Origin: a phage
Length of the DNA stretch: 64,000 nt
Sequence record: PZ452609.1
Direction: 5' to 3' (one strand)
The notes below the pieces were generated by a model that was not told the DNA's origin, made no database searches, and saw only the letters and a program-made list of their open reading frames with translations. Made by a program: the position numbers and the translations under genes. Positions 40,813 to 50,163 of this stretch are shown one piece after another; position 1 is the first letter of the stretch, and the number at the start of each line of letters is the position of its first letter.

Positions 40813-40900
40813 TAAAGTACTTTACAAGGGGCTTAAAAGTTGGTATCTTAAGCCCCAGATAAAGAGCTTTACCACTCAATCCTAAACTGGAGATTCAAAA
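40813..40900 (+). promoter_or_regulatory. intergenic cassette type A
   Basis: Same stem, different loop. Confidence 0.6.
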
Positions 40901-41197
40901 ATGAAATTATCAAATAAAGTTCGTGAAAATCTAAGCAAATTACTCAACAAAATTGATTTCATTGAAACATCAAGAAATAGCCATGATGTTATGGAATGGT
41001 TACACGGCAAAATAAAAGGTCGTCGTGTAGTGATTTGCTTATGGAATAGTTGCAGGGAGTATAAAAAACCTGTATTGCAAGTTAATATCTATGATGATAC
41101 TCTTAAAAGTCCTGTCAAATCTAAAAGCGATTTACTAGATTCTTATGAGATAACTGTAAATGGCAAAGTATCACGTAAAGAGGAAGCACCATGTTAA
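40901..41197 (+). CDS. small hypothetical protein (array member 4)
   Basis: Conserved leader with GGAG RBS. Confidence 0.5.
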   Translation: MKLSNKVRENLSKLLNKIDFIETSRNSHDVMEWLHGKIKGRRVVICLWNSCREYKKPVLQVNIYDDTLKSPVKSKSDLLDSYEITVNGKVSRKEEAPC

Positions 41198-41523
41198 TGA
41201 CTGGTATCACTGCAATCATTGCCATTTTCGCGCTCTATAAGGCATATAAAGCCTATAATCTAGCAAATAAGGCAATCACACAACAGGTTAGCAATAGCCT
41301 TGTAATGAGCTTTCTAGAGCGGTTGAGCGATGAACAATTAAAGCGGTTAGAAATGAGCTTCAGATTCAGGGCGAGAACTTATCAAATCAGCGACATTTTC
41401 AAAGATGATTTTCAATTAGTCGATGATTATAATTCTCTGATAAATGCTTTAAATATTAGTGACTTAAAAGACTATCATACTGTAATTGTTCAAGAGTTGA
41501 GCAAACGAAAACAAAACTGTTGA
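41191..41523 (+). CDS. small hypothetical protein (array member 5)
   Basis: Overlapping start with upstream ORF; N-terminal hydrophobic segment. Confidence 0.4.
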   Translation: MLMTGITAIIAIFALYKAYKAYNLANKAITQQVSNSLVMSFLERLSDEQLKRLEMSFRFRARTYQISDIFKDDFQLVDDYNSLINALNISDLKDYHTVIVQELSKRKQNC

Positions 41524-41612
41524 CACTGATTTTTAGATAGATTAAATTACACATCAACGGGGAGGCAATAAACACCCCACTAAATAAAGTCCTTAAACTA
41601 GGAGATTCTAAA
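41524..41612 (+). promoter_or_regulatory. intergenic cassette type B (TTGACA promoter-like box + GGGGAGG hairpin + conserved leader)
   Basis: ttgacactgatttttagatagattaaattacacatcaacggggagg..cccc..taaagtccttaaactaggagattc. Confidence 0.6.
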
Positions 41613-41885
41613 ATGTATACTACTAACAACGGTCGCACTTTAAATGTCACTCTACGTCACTATGTAGACGGTGTGATGCACTTTGAGGATTTACAGGCTG
41701 AGCAACATATCTTAGATTGGCAAGTCGCAGGACTCCAAAAAACTGCTACCGGATACGGCAAAAAGATTCCAACTAGCTGGAAAGTATACTATGAAGGACG
41801 TTTGCGCAGAATTTATCAGGATGTATGTAGCAATAGCACATCAAGTTACATCATAGTAAAAGGTAAAAAACTGCATTTAGTATAA
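41613..41885 (+). CDS. small hypothetical protein (array member 6)
   Basis: Conserved leader with GGAG RBS. Confidence 0.5.
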   Translation: MYTTNNGRTLNVTLRHYVDGVMHFEDLQAEQHILDWQVAGLQKTATGYGKKIPTSWKVYYEGRLRRIYQDVCSNSTSSYIIVKGKKLHLV

Positions 41886-41970
41886 AGTACTTTACAGGGG
41901 GCTTATTAGTCTGTACAGTAAGCCCCAGATAAAGAGCTTTACCACTCAATCCTAAATTGGAGATTCTAAA
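41886..41970 (+). promoter_or_regulatory. intergenic cassette type A
   Basis: Same stem, different loop. Confidence 0.6.
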
Positions 41971-42375
41971 ATGGCTATTAATAATCGTGAGTTGTCAATC
42001 TTAAAAGCACGTTTAACCGTTAATCGAATCAATGTTATTACATCATCAGCACCGGATGAAACATTGCACAACATTATCGGAAAGATTCAAAGCGTTATCT
42101 TAGACGTTGAAAACGTAAAAAACTCATTGGCTGACGTTGCAGCAGGTATCACGCTAGACGGTGCACAATATGAAATGGTCGACATGTTAGGCAAATCTAA
42201 GGTAATGAATAAAGAGTTAGACTTGAAAATGTTTAGATTTGCCGTGAAAGTGTGGCTATCTGTTGAGTATGATGCTAATTTTGCAATCGCTGATTTCTTT
42301 GCCACTTGGTTACAACGTAATTTGGCAAATCATGACTTTCGTGACATCTGCGACGCAATTTATGCAGAACTCTAA
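41971..42375 (+). CDS. small hypothetical protein (array member 7)
   Basis: Conserved leader with GGAG RBS. Confidence 0.5.
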   Translation: MAINNRELSILKARLTVNRINVITSSAPDETLHNIIGKIQSVILDVENVKNSLADVAAGITLDGAQYEMVDMLGKSKVMNKELDLKMFRFAVKVWLSVEYDANFAIADFFATWLQRNLANHDFRDICDAIYAEL

Positions 42376-42476
42376 AAATTTTATTGACACTGATTTTTAG
42401 ATAGATTAAATTACACATCAACGGGGAGGGAATGACCTTCCCCACTAAGTAAAGTCCTTAAACTAGGAGATTCAAA
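42376..42476 (+). promoter_or_regulatory. intergenic cassette type B
   Basis: Near-identical to the 41524 copy including the TTGACA box. Confidence 0.6.
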
Positions 42477-42674
42477 ATGGCTATTATCAACGGTTTAACC
42501 ATTGAAACCACGCACATCAAAGACATTAAAGTTGGTGATGTAGTTCTTTCCCACGGCGTAGAAAAAACAGTCACTGCAAAGGATATCAAAGATGATTCTT
42601 TCATGGGTAGAACTCTCTTCGGTGATTCTTATTGCTTAGGTTATCTTGCAGTTTTAAAAGTTGTCAAAAATTAA
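42477..42674 (+). CDS. small hypothetical protein (array member 8)
   Basis: Conserved leader with GGAG RBS. Confidence 0.45.
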   Translation: MAIINGLTIETTHIKDIKVGDVVLSHGVEKTVTAKDIKDDSFMGRTLFGDSYCLGYLAVLKVVKN

Positions 42675-42767
42675 CTGATAAAGTACTTTACAAGGGGCTT
42701 ATAGTTCGATAAAGTAAGCCCCAGATAAAGAGCTTTACCACTAAATCCTTAAACTAGGAGATTCAAA
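42675..42767 (+). promoter_or_regulatory. intergenic cassette type A
   Basis: Same stem, different loop. Confidence 0.6.
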
Positions 42768-43310
42768 ATGAAATGCTTTCACGGTACTACTCAAGAAAAC
42801 TTTATCAACCTGATTAATAACGGTGATAAACCATCAGGTGTATGGAATTGTTCGGATATGGACGGCAATTTTTACGTGTACCCAGAAAATAAACTCTATG
42901 GTGATGATGAGGAAGAGATAGCATCGGAAGGTATCCAGCAAGCTCTAGGAAATGCCACTATCACGGCAGCTTTTCAGATGAAAACTCAAAATATTGTTAT
43001 CTTAGAACTTGACATTCCAGAGGATGAGCTAAATGATGATTATTCTTGTGATAACATGTCAAATATAGCAAGCTTTACAGAGTACTTTGATGTAAATTGG
43101 ATTAAAAAGGTCTATACAACAGAGTTCAACGCTATGTATTCACCTTTTTGTCTCCCTTCACTGGATAACCCAAATTTAAATTATCTTGATGAAACATTGG
43201 AGCTACTTGCTAAAAGTATCCAACAATCCGACAGTATTCAGGTTTTTTGTGACATCATGGATACACTGACAGAAAACATTGTAGAGAGTGATTTAAAGGT
43301 CTTTTTCTAA
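42768..43310 (+). CDS. hypothetical protein (array member 9)
   Basis: Conserved leader with GGAG RBS. Confidence 0.5.
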   Translation: MKCFHGTTQENFINLINNGDKPSGVWNCSDMDGNFYVYPENKLYGDDEEEIASEGIQQALGNATITAAFQMKTQNIVILELDIPEDELNDDYSCDNMSNIASFTEYFDVNWIKKVYTTEFNAMYSPFCLPSLDNPNLNYLDETLELLAKSIQQSDSIQVFCDIMDTLTENIVESDLKVFF

Positions 43311-43376
43311 AAACCTATACATTCACCTTATAAACACTGATTAACCCCTTACAGGGGCTTTTAGAGGGCTTAAATC

Positions 43377-43610
43377 ATGCTTACAACCATTTATCTCATC
43401 CTTTCCATTTGTAACGGCCATTCATGTGACTTTAAAGGGCTTGAAGAGTTTACAGGAAGTAAAGAAAATGCTATTCAAGTTTGCCAGATAGCAAGACAAG
43501 ACTACCCCGCCAGTGATGATATACAATGTTACTTTAAGACAGAAGATGACGAAGGAATCTATTTCGACAGTGTCGATGGTCAATATGAAATTATCATTGA
43601 AAAAGACTAG
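43377..43610 (+). CDS. small hypothetical protein (array member 10)
   Basis: 77-aa ORF after a hairpin+T-run. Confidence 0.4.
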   Translation: MLTTIYLILSICNGHSCDFKGLEEFTGSKENAIQVCQIARQDYPASDDIQCYFKTEDDEGIYFDSVDGQYEIIIEKD

Positions 43611-43703
43611 ACAAGCCTGATAAAAGTCTGTAAATTATCAATCAACGGGGAGGGAATGACCTTCCCCACTAAGTAAAGTCCTTAAACTAGGAGATTCCAA
43701 AAA
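43611..43703 (+). promoter_or_regulatory. intergenic cassette type B
   Basis: caacggggagggaatgaccttccccactaagtaaagtccttaaactaggagattc. Confidence 0.6.
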
Positions 43704-43952
43704 ATGTATACTAAAACTCAACTAAAAAACATGGTTAGCAATGGCTTAATGGATGAAGTCTATAAAGAGTGTAGACGCTACGGGGAAATTAAGGATAAGA
43801 CTAGTTATGAGTATACCCACACAATAGACTTTAAAACCAATGAGAAGAGGACTGACCTTGTTACTGTAGTAGTGATTGAGTATAAACGAATTATTTGGAC
43901 CTTTGAGCTAGTAAAAGGTGAGTGCACAGAGATAGAATATAAAGACGCTTAA
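43704..43952 (+). CDS. small hypothetical protein (array member 11)
   Basis: Conserved leader with GGAG RBS. Confidence 0.5.
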   Translation: MYTKTQLKNMVSNGLMDEVYKECRRYGEIKDKTSYEYTHTIDFKTNEKRTDLVTVVVIEYKRIIWTFELVKGECTEIEYKDA

Positions 43953-44037
43953 AGTACTTTACATGGGGCTTATTAGTCTGTATAGTAAGCCCCAGATAAA
44001 GAGCTTTACCACTCAATCCTAAACTGGAGATTCTAAA
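43953..44037 (+). promoter_or_regulatory. intergenic cassette type A
   Basis: Same stem, different loop. Confidence 0.6.
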
Positions 44038-44379
44038 ATGGCTTATGTAACCGTAATTACCGATAAAGCTGGCTCATCTTGGTCAACTCAAGTAAGTGAT
44101 AAGATGTCACCTATGCAGTGCCTAAAATACTTTGAACAGTGGAACAAAGGCGAGGGTGTAAGCCCCTTTCAAGTGATGCAAATCATCCATACAGATAACG
44201 AAGGGAATAAAACGACCTTGAACAGTGAATACTACGCAAGCCGTTTTGAAACGAGAAGTAAAACAATGAAGCTTTTACGTGAATCCGGTTATGCACATAT
44301 TGCCGCTTTAATCTGGGATGACCTGCTAAAAAGTCAGCGTATCAGCTATGTAAAGCCTGAAAAAATCTTCATAAGTTAA
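44038..44379 (+). CDS. small hypothetical protein (array member 12)
   Basis: Conserved leader with GGAG RBS. Confidence 0.5.
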   Translation: MAYVTVITDKAGSSWSTQVSDKMSPMQCLKYFEQWNKGEGVSPFQVMQIIHTDNEGNKTTLNSEYYASRFETRSKTMKLLRESGYAHIAALIWDDLLKSQRISYVKPEKIFIS

Positions 44380-44519
44380 TCAATAACTTACAAAAAACTT
44401 TTAAAAAAGTGTTGACAATACCCATTGACATTGGTAACTTTGTTCGAGGGGGTTATCTAAAAGGGATTCACTTAATAGATTCTTTATAGATAAACTTAAA
44501 AAATTGCTTGCAAAGGCAA

Positions 44520-44600
44520 ATCAAAACAAGTATAGTACTAAACAACGGGGAGGGAATGACCTTCCCCACTAAGTAAAGTCCTTAAACTAGGAGATTCAAA
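44520..44600 (+). promoter_or_regulatory. intergenic cassette type B
   Basis: Same core; preceded by a double-TTGACA region at about 44410-44440. Confidence 0.55.
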
Positions 44601-45131
44601 ATGAACAAGTTTCAAGCTATCAACTACATTCGCTCATCTAACGTTATGACTAAACCCGTTAAAGATACCTTCGAATTTCGTTGCAACGGTGTACACTTTG
44701 CAACTATCACTAAATCAGAAAACGGGGCTTATTATATACATCGTCGTAATGTTTCTACTGTTGTAGTATCTCACTTTATGCAAGCTGTAGCAGAACTGTT
44801 ACCGCTATTCTTAGGTATTTACTTAGATGAGTGTAAAAACGTTCGCAACCACGTTAAAGACCTTTTAAATGGTTATAAAATGGCTTATGAACGTTCTATC
44901 AAGAATCTTAACAAGTTCTATAAAGCCCCTGAAAACACCGTATCAATAGCTTATGATGTAAGCGGTGAAATGGTCAACCTCTCCAATGTAGAACAAATTG
45001 GCCTTTATGATTTACGTCCTAGCGGTTATTCTAAGACTCTCGGTGAAGGCTTATCCTTCAATATCAAGAACTTAGAAAAAACTTTAAAAGATATTGAAAA
45101 AGATATTGACGAGACAATCAAAAGTCTGTAA
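44601..45131 (+). CDS. hypothetical protein (array member 13)
   Basis: Conserved leader with GGAG RBS. Confidence 0.5.
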   Translation: MNKFQAINYIRSSNVMTKPVKDTFEFRCNGVHFATITKSENGAYYIHRRNVSTVVVSHFMQAVAELLPLFLGIYLDECKNVRNHVKDLLNGYKMAYERSIKNLNKFYKAPENTVSIAYDVSGEMVNLSNVEQIGLYDLRPSGYSKTLGEGLSFNIKNLEKTLKDIEKDIDETIKSL

Positions 45132-45198
45132 ATTGTCAATCAACGGGGAGGGATTAACCTTCCCACTAAGTAAAGTCCTTAAACTAGGAGATTCAAAA
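45132..45198 (+). promoter_or_regulatory. intergenic cassette type B
   Basis: Same core hairpin and leader. Confidence 0.6.
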
Positions 45199-45462
45199 AT
45201 GGAACACGTAGAATTAACCACACTATTGCAGATTGCAACTGACAAAGAAGACGTAGCGTTGTTTCACCGTATCGAAAGTGATTTGTTCAATGGTGAAATC
45301 ATTAAAGAATCTTACGAAGTTGTCGGATTCAAAGATGGTAAAGCATTTGGCTTTTTTGACCTCGACAAAAGCAAAGCGGTTACAATGTACGATGTTCTAT
45401 CTTGTGAAATTCTGACAAAATACAACGAAAAAAGGCTTGCAACCTACGCCAATATGCAGTAA
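45199..45462 (+). CDS. small hypothetical protein (array member 14)
   Basis: Start moved to MEHVELTT directly after the conserved leader; the track ORF begins upstream inside the cassette. Confidence 0.45.
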   Translation: MEHVELTTLLQIATDKEDVALFHRIESDLFNGEIIKESYEVVGFKDGKAFGFFDLDKSKAVTMYDVLSCEILTKYNEKRLATYANMQ

Positions 45463-45530
45463 ATTACTAAACAACGGGGAGGGAATGACCTTCCCCACTA
45501 AATAAAGTCCTAAACTGGAGATTCTAAATT
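45463..45530 (+). promoter_or_regulatory. intergenic cassette type B
   Basis: Same core hairpin and leader. Confidence 0.6.
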
Positions 45531-45779
45531 ATGTCAACTATCCGCGTAACTGTTAATGCTTATGGCTGCCACCAACTTGATGCAAAATTCGATATCGGTG
45601 GAACAGATAACACCTTTGACCTTATCAAAATGCTGATTCAGCAGGTGATACCAGATTATAACCCTACTGATGACTTCTGGAAAGATGCCGTAAAAGAAGC
45701 CATAAACGAGGAATCTCACTACCATTATTGGGGTGACTTGATTGTCTCTCTGTACTACAGCAAACAAGGTTACAACTAA
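45531..45779 (+). CDS. small hypothetical protein (array member 15)
   Basis: Conserved leader with GGAG RBS; followed by terminator hairpins. Confidence 0.5.
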   Translation: MSTIRVTVNAYGCHQLDAKFDIGGTDNTFDLIKMLIQQVIPDYNPTDDFWKDAVKEAINEESHYHYWGDLIVSLYYSKQGYN

Positions 45780-46478
45780 TCGACGCAGCGGGGCTAAATA
45801 GCCCCAGATACCTGAAAAGCTCCTTCTCATAGGGGCTTTTTTACGTCTATAAAGAGACTCTATACAATCCCTTTCCTTTCCTTCCTAGAATCTATCCCGT
45901 ACCTTAAAAGCAATAACTCTATAGCTTACTCTATAACCCCTTATCAAATCAACTTAAATATAAGCCCATAACCCGAAAGGGAAGGGCAACCATTTAAACG
46001 CTCTATAAAGCCCTATAACAGCCTTATCAACCTAACTTAAGCAATCATATTAACCCACTCTAAAAAGCCCTTTATAGAGCTTTCTAGAGCCTTAAAAGAA
46101 TCTTATAAGGGTGTGAGCTTTATCATCTCGTTAGCTATCTTGTGAACTACTAAAAAGGGCTTGTTAGTGTCTTAAAAGTATGTTATAGGGGCTATAAAGT
46201 TACTTTGAAGTAGCTTAAAAGTTACGTAAATGCTAGCCCCCTTAACATTTTCTTAACAATTTCTTAACAATCCCTACATAGTTATGCTTTTAAGGCACTT
46301 GTTAGCAACTTGTTAGCCCCTTGTTAAATCTCTGTTAAGACCACGTAAAAGCCTTGTAAGAACCTTTGACATAGCCTTAAAAGCTCCTGTAAAGCCCTAT
46401 AAAGAGCTATCCATACAGTTGAGGGGTAGATACTAGGAAGAGGCTTAAAAGAGCTTACAAGGAGCTATAGAGAGCTTT

Positions 46479-46599
46479 TAAAAGGTATGTTTAGAGAATC
46501 ACTAAGAGAGAAAGGGAACGATAAGAAAAGAGATAGTGACCATGTTAATAGCTTGTTAAAAAGATTAAACACTTGTTAGGAACTTGTTAATTATCTTAA
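46479..46599. repeat. direct repeat copy 1 flanking the N gap
   Basis: About 120 bp identical to 46700-46818. Confidence 0.8.
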
Positions 46600-46699
46600 N
46601 NNNNNNNNNNNNNNNNNNNNNNNNNNNNNNNNNNNNNNNNNNNNNNNNNNNNNNNNNNNNNNNNNNNNNNNNNNNNNNNNNNNNNNNNNNNNNNNNNNN
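46600..46699. other. assembly gap (100 N)
   Basis: Run of exactly 100 n. Confidence 0.95.
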
Positions 46700-46818
46700 T
46701 AAAAGGTATGTTTAGAGAATCACTAAGAGAGAAAGGGAACGATAAGAAAAGAGATAGTGACCATGTTAATAGCTTGTTAAAAAGATTAAACACTTGTTAG
46801 GAACTTGTTAATTATCTT
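46700..46818. repeat. direct repeat copy 2 flanking the N gap
   Basis: Identical to 46479-46599. Confidence 0.8.
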
Positions 46819-47652
46819 AACAAAATAACTCTTTAAAATTAACTTGTTAGCTCTTGTTAGTTATCTGTTAAGATTCTGTAAAGCCCTACCAAAGCTTGTT
46901 AGAAAACTGTTAAGTTCTTGTTAGTTCTGTTAAGAAACTGTTAAGACCTTTGAAGAGATGTTAAGAGCTTGAGAGAGTTGTTAAGATGTTGTTAAGGATA
47001 TTTTAAAATTTTGCAAAGTACTTGTAAGGGAGCTGTTAAGGGCTACCAAGCAGATATACATCTTCTACAGATATTTTTGAGTTCCTTCAAAGACCCTAAA
47101 AAATGACTTGACAGTCTTATTTTATAAAAATTTTAAAATTCTGAATAATTACTTATACAGTCTTTTAAAAATACAGGTAGAAACAGGCTTATAAGATACC
47201 TTGTTAGTACCGTGTTAGACCTTGTGAGATAAGGTCTGTAAAGATATTCCTGTTAAGTTTGTTAAAACAGTCTATATAGAGGCTTAGTAGTGCCTAGTGA
47301 ACACCTATAGAGAGTATCATAGCTGACATAGAGATTAAGGGGTGTATAGAGGCTTCTAAGAGCGTATAGAGAGATGGTTAAGGTGATTGTATAGGTTGTT
47401 AAGAAGGCTTGTTAGAAGAGTGTTTAGAGGGCTATTTAGAAGGGTTATACAGAGGGGCTATTAAGACCACTAGATAGTTACTAAGACACTATATAGTACT
47501 ATATAACTATATATAGAGAGTAAGATTAAGAAGGTTGTTAAGAAGGATAGATATTTTATTCACATATGATGGTGACCCAGAGGTTGGAACAACCGATAAA
47601 ATTTTTATAAAAATTAAAAAAAGCCCCCAATTAAGGAGGCTCTTAAGATATT

Positions 47653-48276
47653 TTAAATCAGTGTTTCCAGAACTGTTTTTAGTGATGACTTGGTTGTCTG
47701 ATAAAAATGAGTAAAGCCGTTGTTATTATCGAATACCTGCATCATGATATCATCTCCCTTGATTGGGTACACTCGGATATCATAGTGAAAACCATTAAAG
47801 ACACAAGAGCCATTACAGAATGCACTAAAGTCATCCACTGAGATATACTCTTCATGTCCTGTGATTTTTATACAGATACCTTTACTCGGTCTCTTAGGAT
47901 TAATATCTTCCATCACAGACATATTCTGTCCACCAAGAGATACCATAGTGACCACTTTACGGTTCTTCTGTCTAAAGTACATCTTAACTTTCTGCAAAGT
48001 GTCTTCATAGAATGGATAAGACCTATCTACAAAGATTCCTTCAAGTGGCTCTTTACCATTTTCAACTTCTCGGTTATGCCGTACTGCAAAGATAATTTGT
48101 TCGAACCAGTCAAGATTTTCTTCGGAGAGTGCTTCCCGAACATCCTTCCAGTCAAGGACTAGATAGTTACCTTCAACATCTTTTAAGTTATCTTTTTCCA
48201 TATCTATCACACCATTATCGTAAAACTTGATATTCTGGTACTGCGAATTTATTACTATTGTTCTTGATGAGGTCAT
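47653..48276 (-). CDS. hypothetical protein
   Basis: 207-aa ORF. Confidence 0.45.
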   Translation of the reverse strand: MTSSRTIVINSQYQNIKFYDNGVIDMEKDNLKDVEGNYLVLDWKDVREALSEENLDWFEQIIFAVRHNREVENGKEPLEGIFVDRSYPFYEDTLQKVKMYFRQKNRKVVTMVSLGGQNMSVMEDINPKRPSKGICIKITGHEEYISVDDFSAFCNGSCVFNGFHYDIRVYPIKGDDIMMQVFDNNNGFTHFYQTTKSSLKTVLETLI

Positions 48277-48679
48277 CCTCTGAAACTAAAAATGTAATAC
48301 CACATAAGTGTCTGTAACGACTATCATACTCGAATATCTTAAACAGATATTTACCATCATGATAAACCTGTTGCACTTCACCTTCTGCAACAATCTCGCC
48401 TGTAATAAAATTTTTTAGTTTATACACATTACCGACCTTAGGTACTGTTTTCATCTCAGGCTCTTTTAGTGCTACACCTATTTTTACATCACCGAGTAAA
48501 TGAGAACTCTCAAAAGCTACGTGTTTCATATAGGCTTCTGAGCATTCCCAAATAAAACAATGTACAAGAACCTTAGCAGCATGTCTTGAGCAGTTCAACT
48601 TATCACAAATTTCTGTGTACATCTCATCTTTAGTAGAATTATCAAGCATTGCTCTTTGCACTACTTCTTTAATTTTCAT
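48215..48679 (-). CDS. hypothetical protein
   Basis: 154-aa ORF; 3' end overlaps downstream ORF. Confidence 0.4.
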   Translation of the reverse strand: MKIKEVVQRAMLDNSTKDEMYTEICDKLNCSRHAAKVLVHCFIWECSEAYMKHVAFESSHLLGDVKIGVALKEPEMKTVPKVGNVYKLKNFITGEIVAEGEVQQVYHDGKYLFKIFEYDSRYRHLCGITFLVSEDDLIKNNSNKFAVPEYQVLR

Positions 48680-49091
48680 AAGCTCTCCGAATAATCCTAT
48701 TAAGCATCTCTAAAGTCAGCTTTCCAGATTCTAAATGCGGCATAACAAGCTTTAAAGCTTTTTCAACATCATGCACAATATCAATTATACCTTCTTCATA
48801 GGCTTCTACGAGGATATCTTTTACACCGATATAGCCTTCATTGATAATGATTTGCATATCAAAATCTTCTGATTGCTTGTTTAACTTACCTCTCCAATAC
48901 CCATCAGCATTAAAAGATATCACTTCACACTCTTTAAAATCCATATCATCTGCATGGAATGGAGTAATTATTGTGCATTGGATTGGGTACTCTACACCAG
49001 TGGTGTCAACATCAAAGACCTTCACAGAAGTAAGTGGTTTCTTTGTTTTAGAGCAGTAAACTGTCAATCTTTTACCAATAAGCTCTTTCAT
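48669..49091 (-). CDS. hypothetical protein
   Basis: 140-aa ORF. Confidence 0.45.
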   Translation of the reverse strand: MKELIGKRLTVYCSKTKKPLTSVKVFDVDTTGVEYPIQCTIITPFHADDMDFKECEVISFNADGYWRGKLNKQSEDFDMQIIINEGYIGVKDILVEAYEEGIIDIVHDVEKALKLVMPHLESGKLTLEMLNRIIRRAYEN

Positions 49092-49143
49092 TTCGCTACC
49101 TTCTAAGTTCTACAAAGGGGCTATCAAGTAACCCCTCAAGCTA

Positions 49144-49368
49144 CTACTCAGACTTTTCAGTCTTCTTATCGGATTTCTTACTAGTCTTCTTCTCAGCTTT
49201 CTGTTCAGGTTCCTTCTCAGAAGTTGCCTTGATAACCATATCAAGAAGCTCTGATAAGTCACTCTTCAGCAAAGTAACAGGTTGCTCGTTGTAGAAGTTT
49301 TTGTCAAGGTAAACTTTGAACTCTTCTATAGAAGGAAATCCAAAAATTGGTACAGGCGTCTTAATCAT
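49144..49368 (-). CDS. hypothetical protein
   Basis: 74 aa with Lys/Glu-rich C-terminus. Confidence 0.35.
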   Translation of the reverse strand: MIKTPVPIFGFPSIEEFKVYLDKNFYNEQPVTLLKSDLSELLDMVIKATSEKEPEQKAEKKTSKKSDKKTEKSE

Positions 49369-49444
49369 TACTTAGTCTCTCCATAGGCATCTTTTAAGAT
49401 TGCCTTGTTAATCATTTCAGCGATTGCAAAACGAACACATACAG

Positions 49445-49978
49445 CTATAATTGTAGGTTGCATTCTTTACTTACCTCTTCAAGTTTAACCTCGGAATCCT
49501 TAAGTCGTTTCTTATGAACTCTGAATCTTATTAGTGAGATGATAATACCAGCTAAAGGAACAGTATACAAGTACCAGATATCATGTAGCTTTGCAGTAAT
49601 CTGTGTAATTGTCAAATCTTGAGCTATGCAGCTAATTGCTGATACTGCCAGTAACATTGCTAAGAAGAAAGCCAGTATCATAACAATATTCAGACAACCT
49701 CTGGCATGGTATTCATGCTTAATGCACTTATTCTTTTCGTCAACAACCCTGTTGTAGTCGTTTGTAAAGTCTCTGTAGAAAGCTTTCAAGTATTCTTGAG
49801 TGTAGCCTTCAAAGCAACCTGTACCATACCAATAATCACCACCAAAATGTGCTATGATACCGGTATCTCCATTTGGTTTGGTTACTCTTAAAGAGACATG
49901 ATGACCAGTCTTCTGGTAATCTATCTTATATCTTTCTTCGTAAATCATTTTCCAACCCCTCTCAATCTCTTGTTCCAT
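49445..49978 (-). CDS. membrane protein
   Basis: Internal hydrophobic segments (NIVMILAFFLAMLLAVSAISCIA). Confidence 0.45.
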   Translation of the reverse strand: MEQEIERGWKMIYEERYKIDYQKTGHHVSLRVTKPNGDTGIIAHFGGDYWYGTGCFEGYTQEYLKAFYRDFTNDYNRVVDEKNKCIKHEYHARGCLNIVMILAFFLAMLLAVSAISCIAQDLTITQITAKLHDIWYLYTVPLAGIIISLIRFRVHKKRLKDSEVKLEEVSKECNLQL

Positions 49979-50163
49979 TCAAGGTCAACAAATCTTTGCA
50001 GAACTTTTCCTCTAGGTGTTACACCTTTTAAATCTGCATCGTAACAATGGTAAAAGTCACCTTCAGCGTGTTTACCATAGCATTTTCTGATATTCTGGCT
50101 TCTGCGATACTGTTCTAACAAGGACAGTTTGTAGTAATCTTCAACTGTAGTTAGTTTTTTCAT
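49945..50163 (-). CDS. hypothetical protein
   Basis: 72-aa ORF. Confidence 0.35.
   Translation of the reverse strand: MKKLTTVEDYYKLSLLEQYRRSQNIRKCYGKHAEGDFYHCYDADLKGVTPRGKVLQRFVDLEWNKRLRGVGK

Larger units (their letters stand above)
45850..47640. repeat. noncoding tract tiled with short degenerate motifs (yTGTTAG/CTGTTAAG, CTTAAAAG, TATAAAG)
   Basis: No ORF of 60 aa or more free of the N gap; dense motif recurrence. Confidence 0.6.

Noticed and set aside
39962-45530. Possible CRISPR array suggested by regularly spaced conserved repeats
   Set aside because: The repeats are 65-100 bp composite cassettes, irregularly spaced, and the intervening segments are protein-coding ORFs with ribosome-binding sites, not spacers.
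46596-46793. 65-aa minus-strand ORF translated through the N gap
   Set aside because: Artefact of translating the run of N (X residues).
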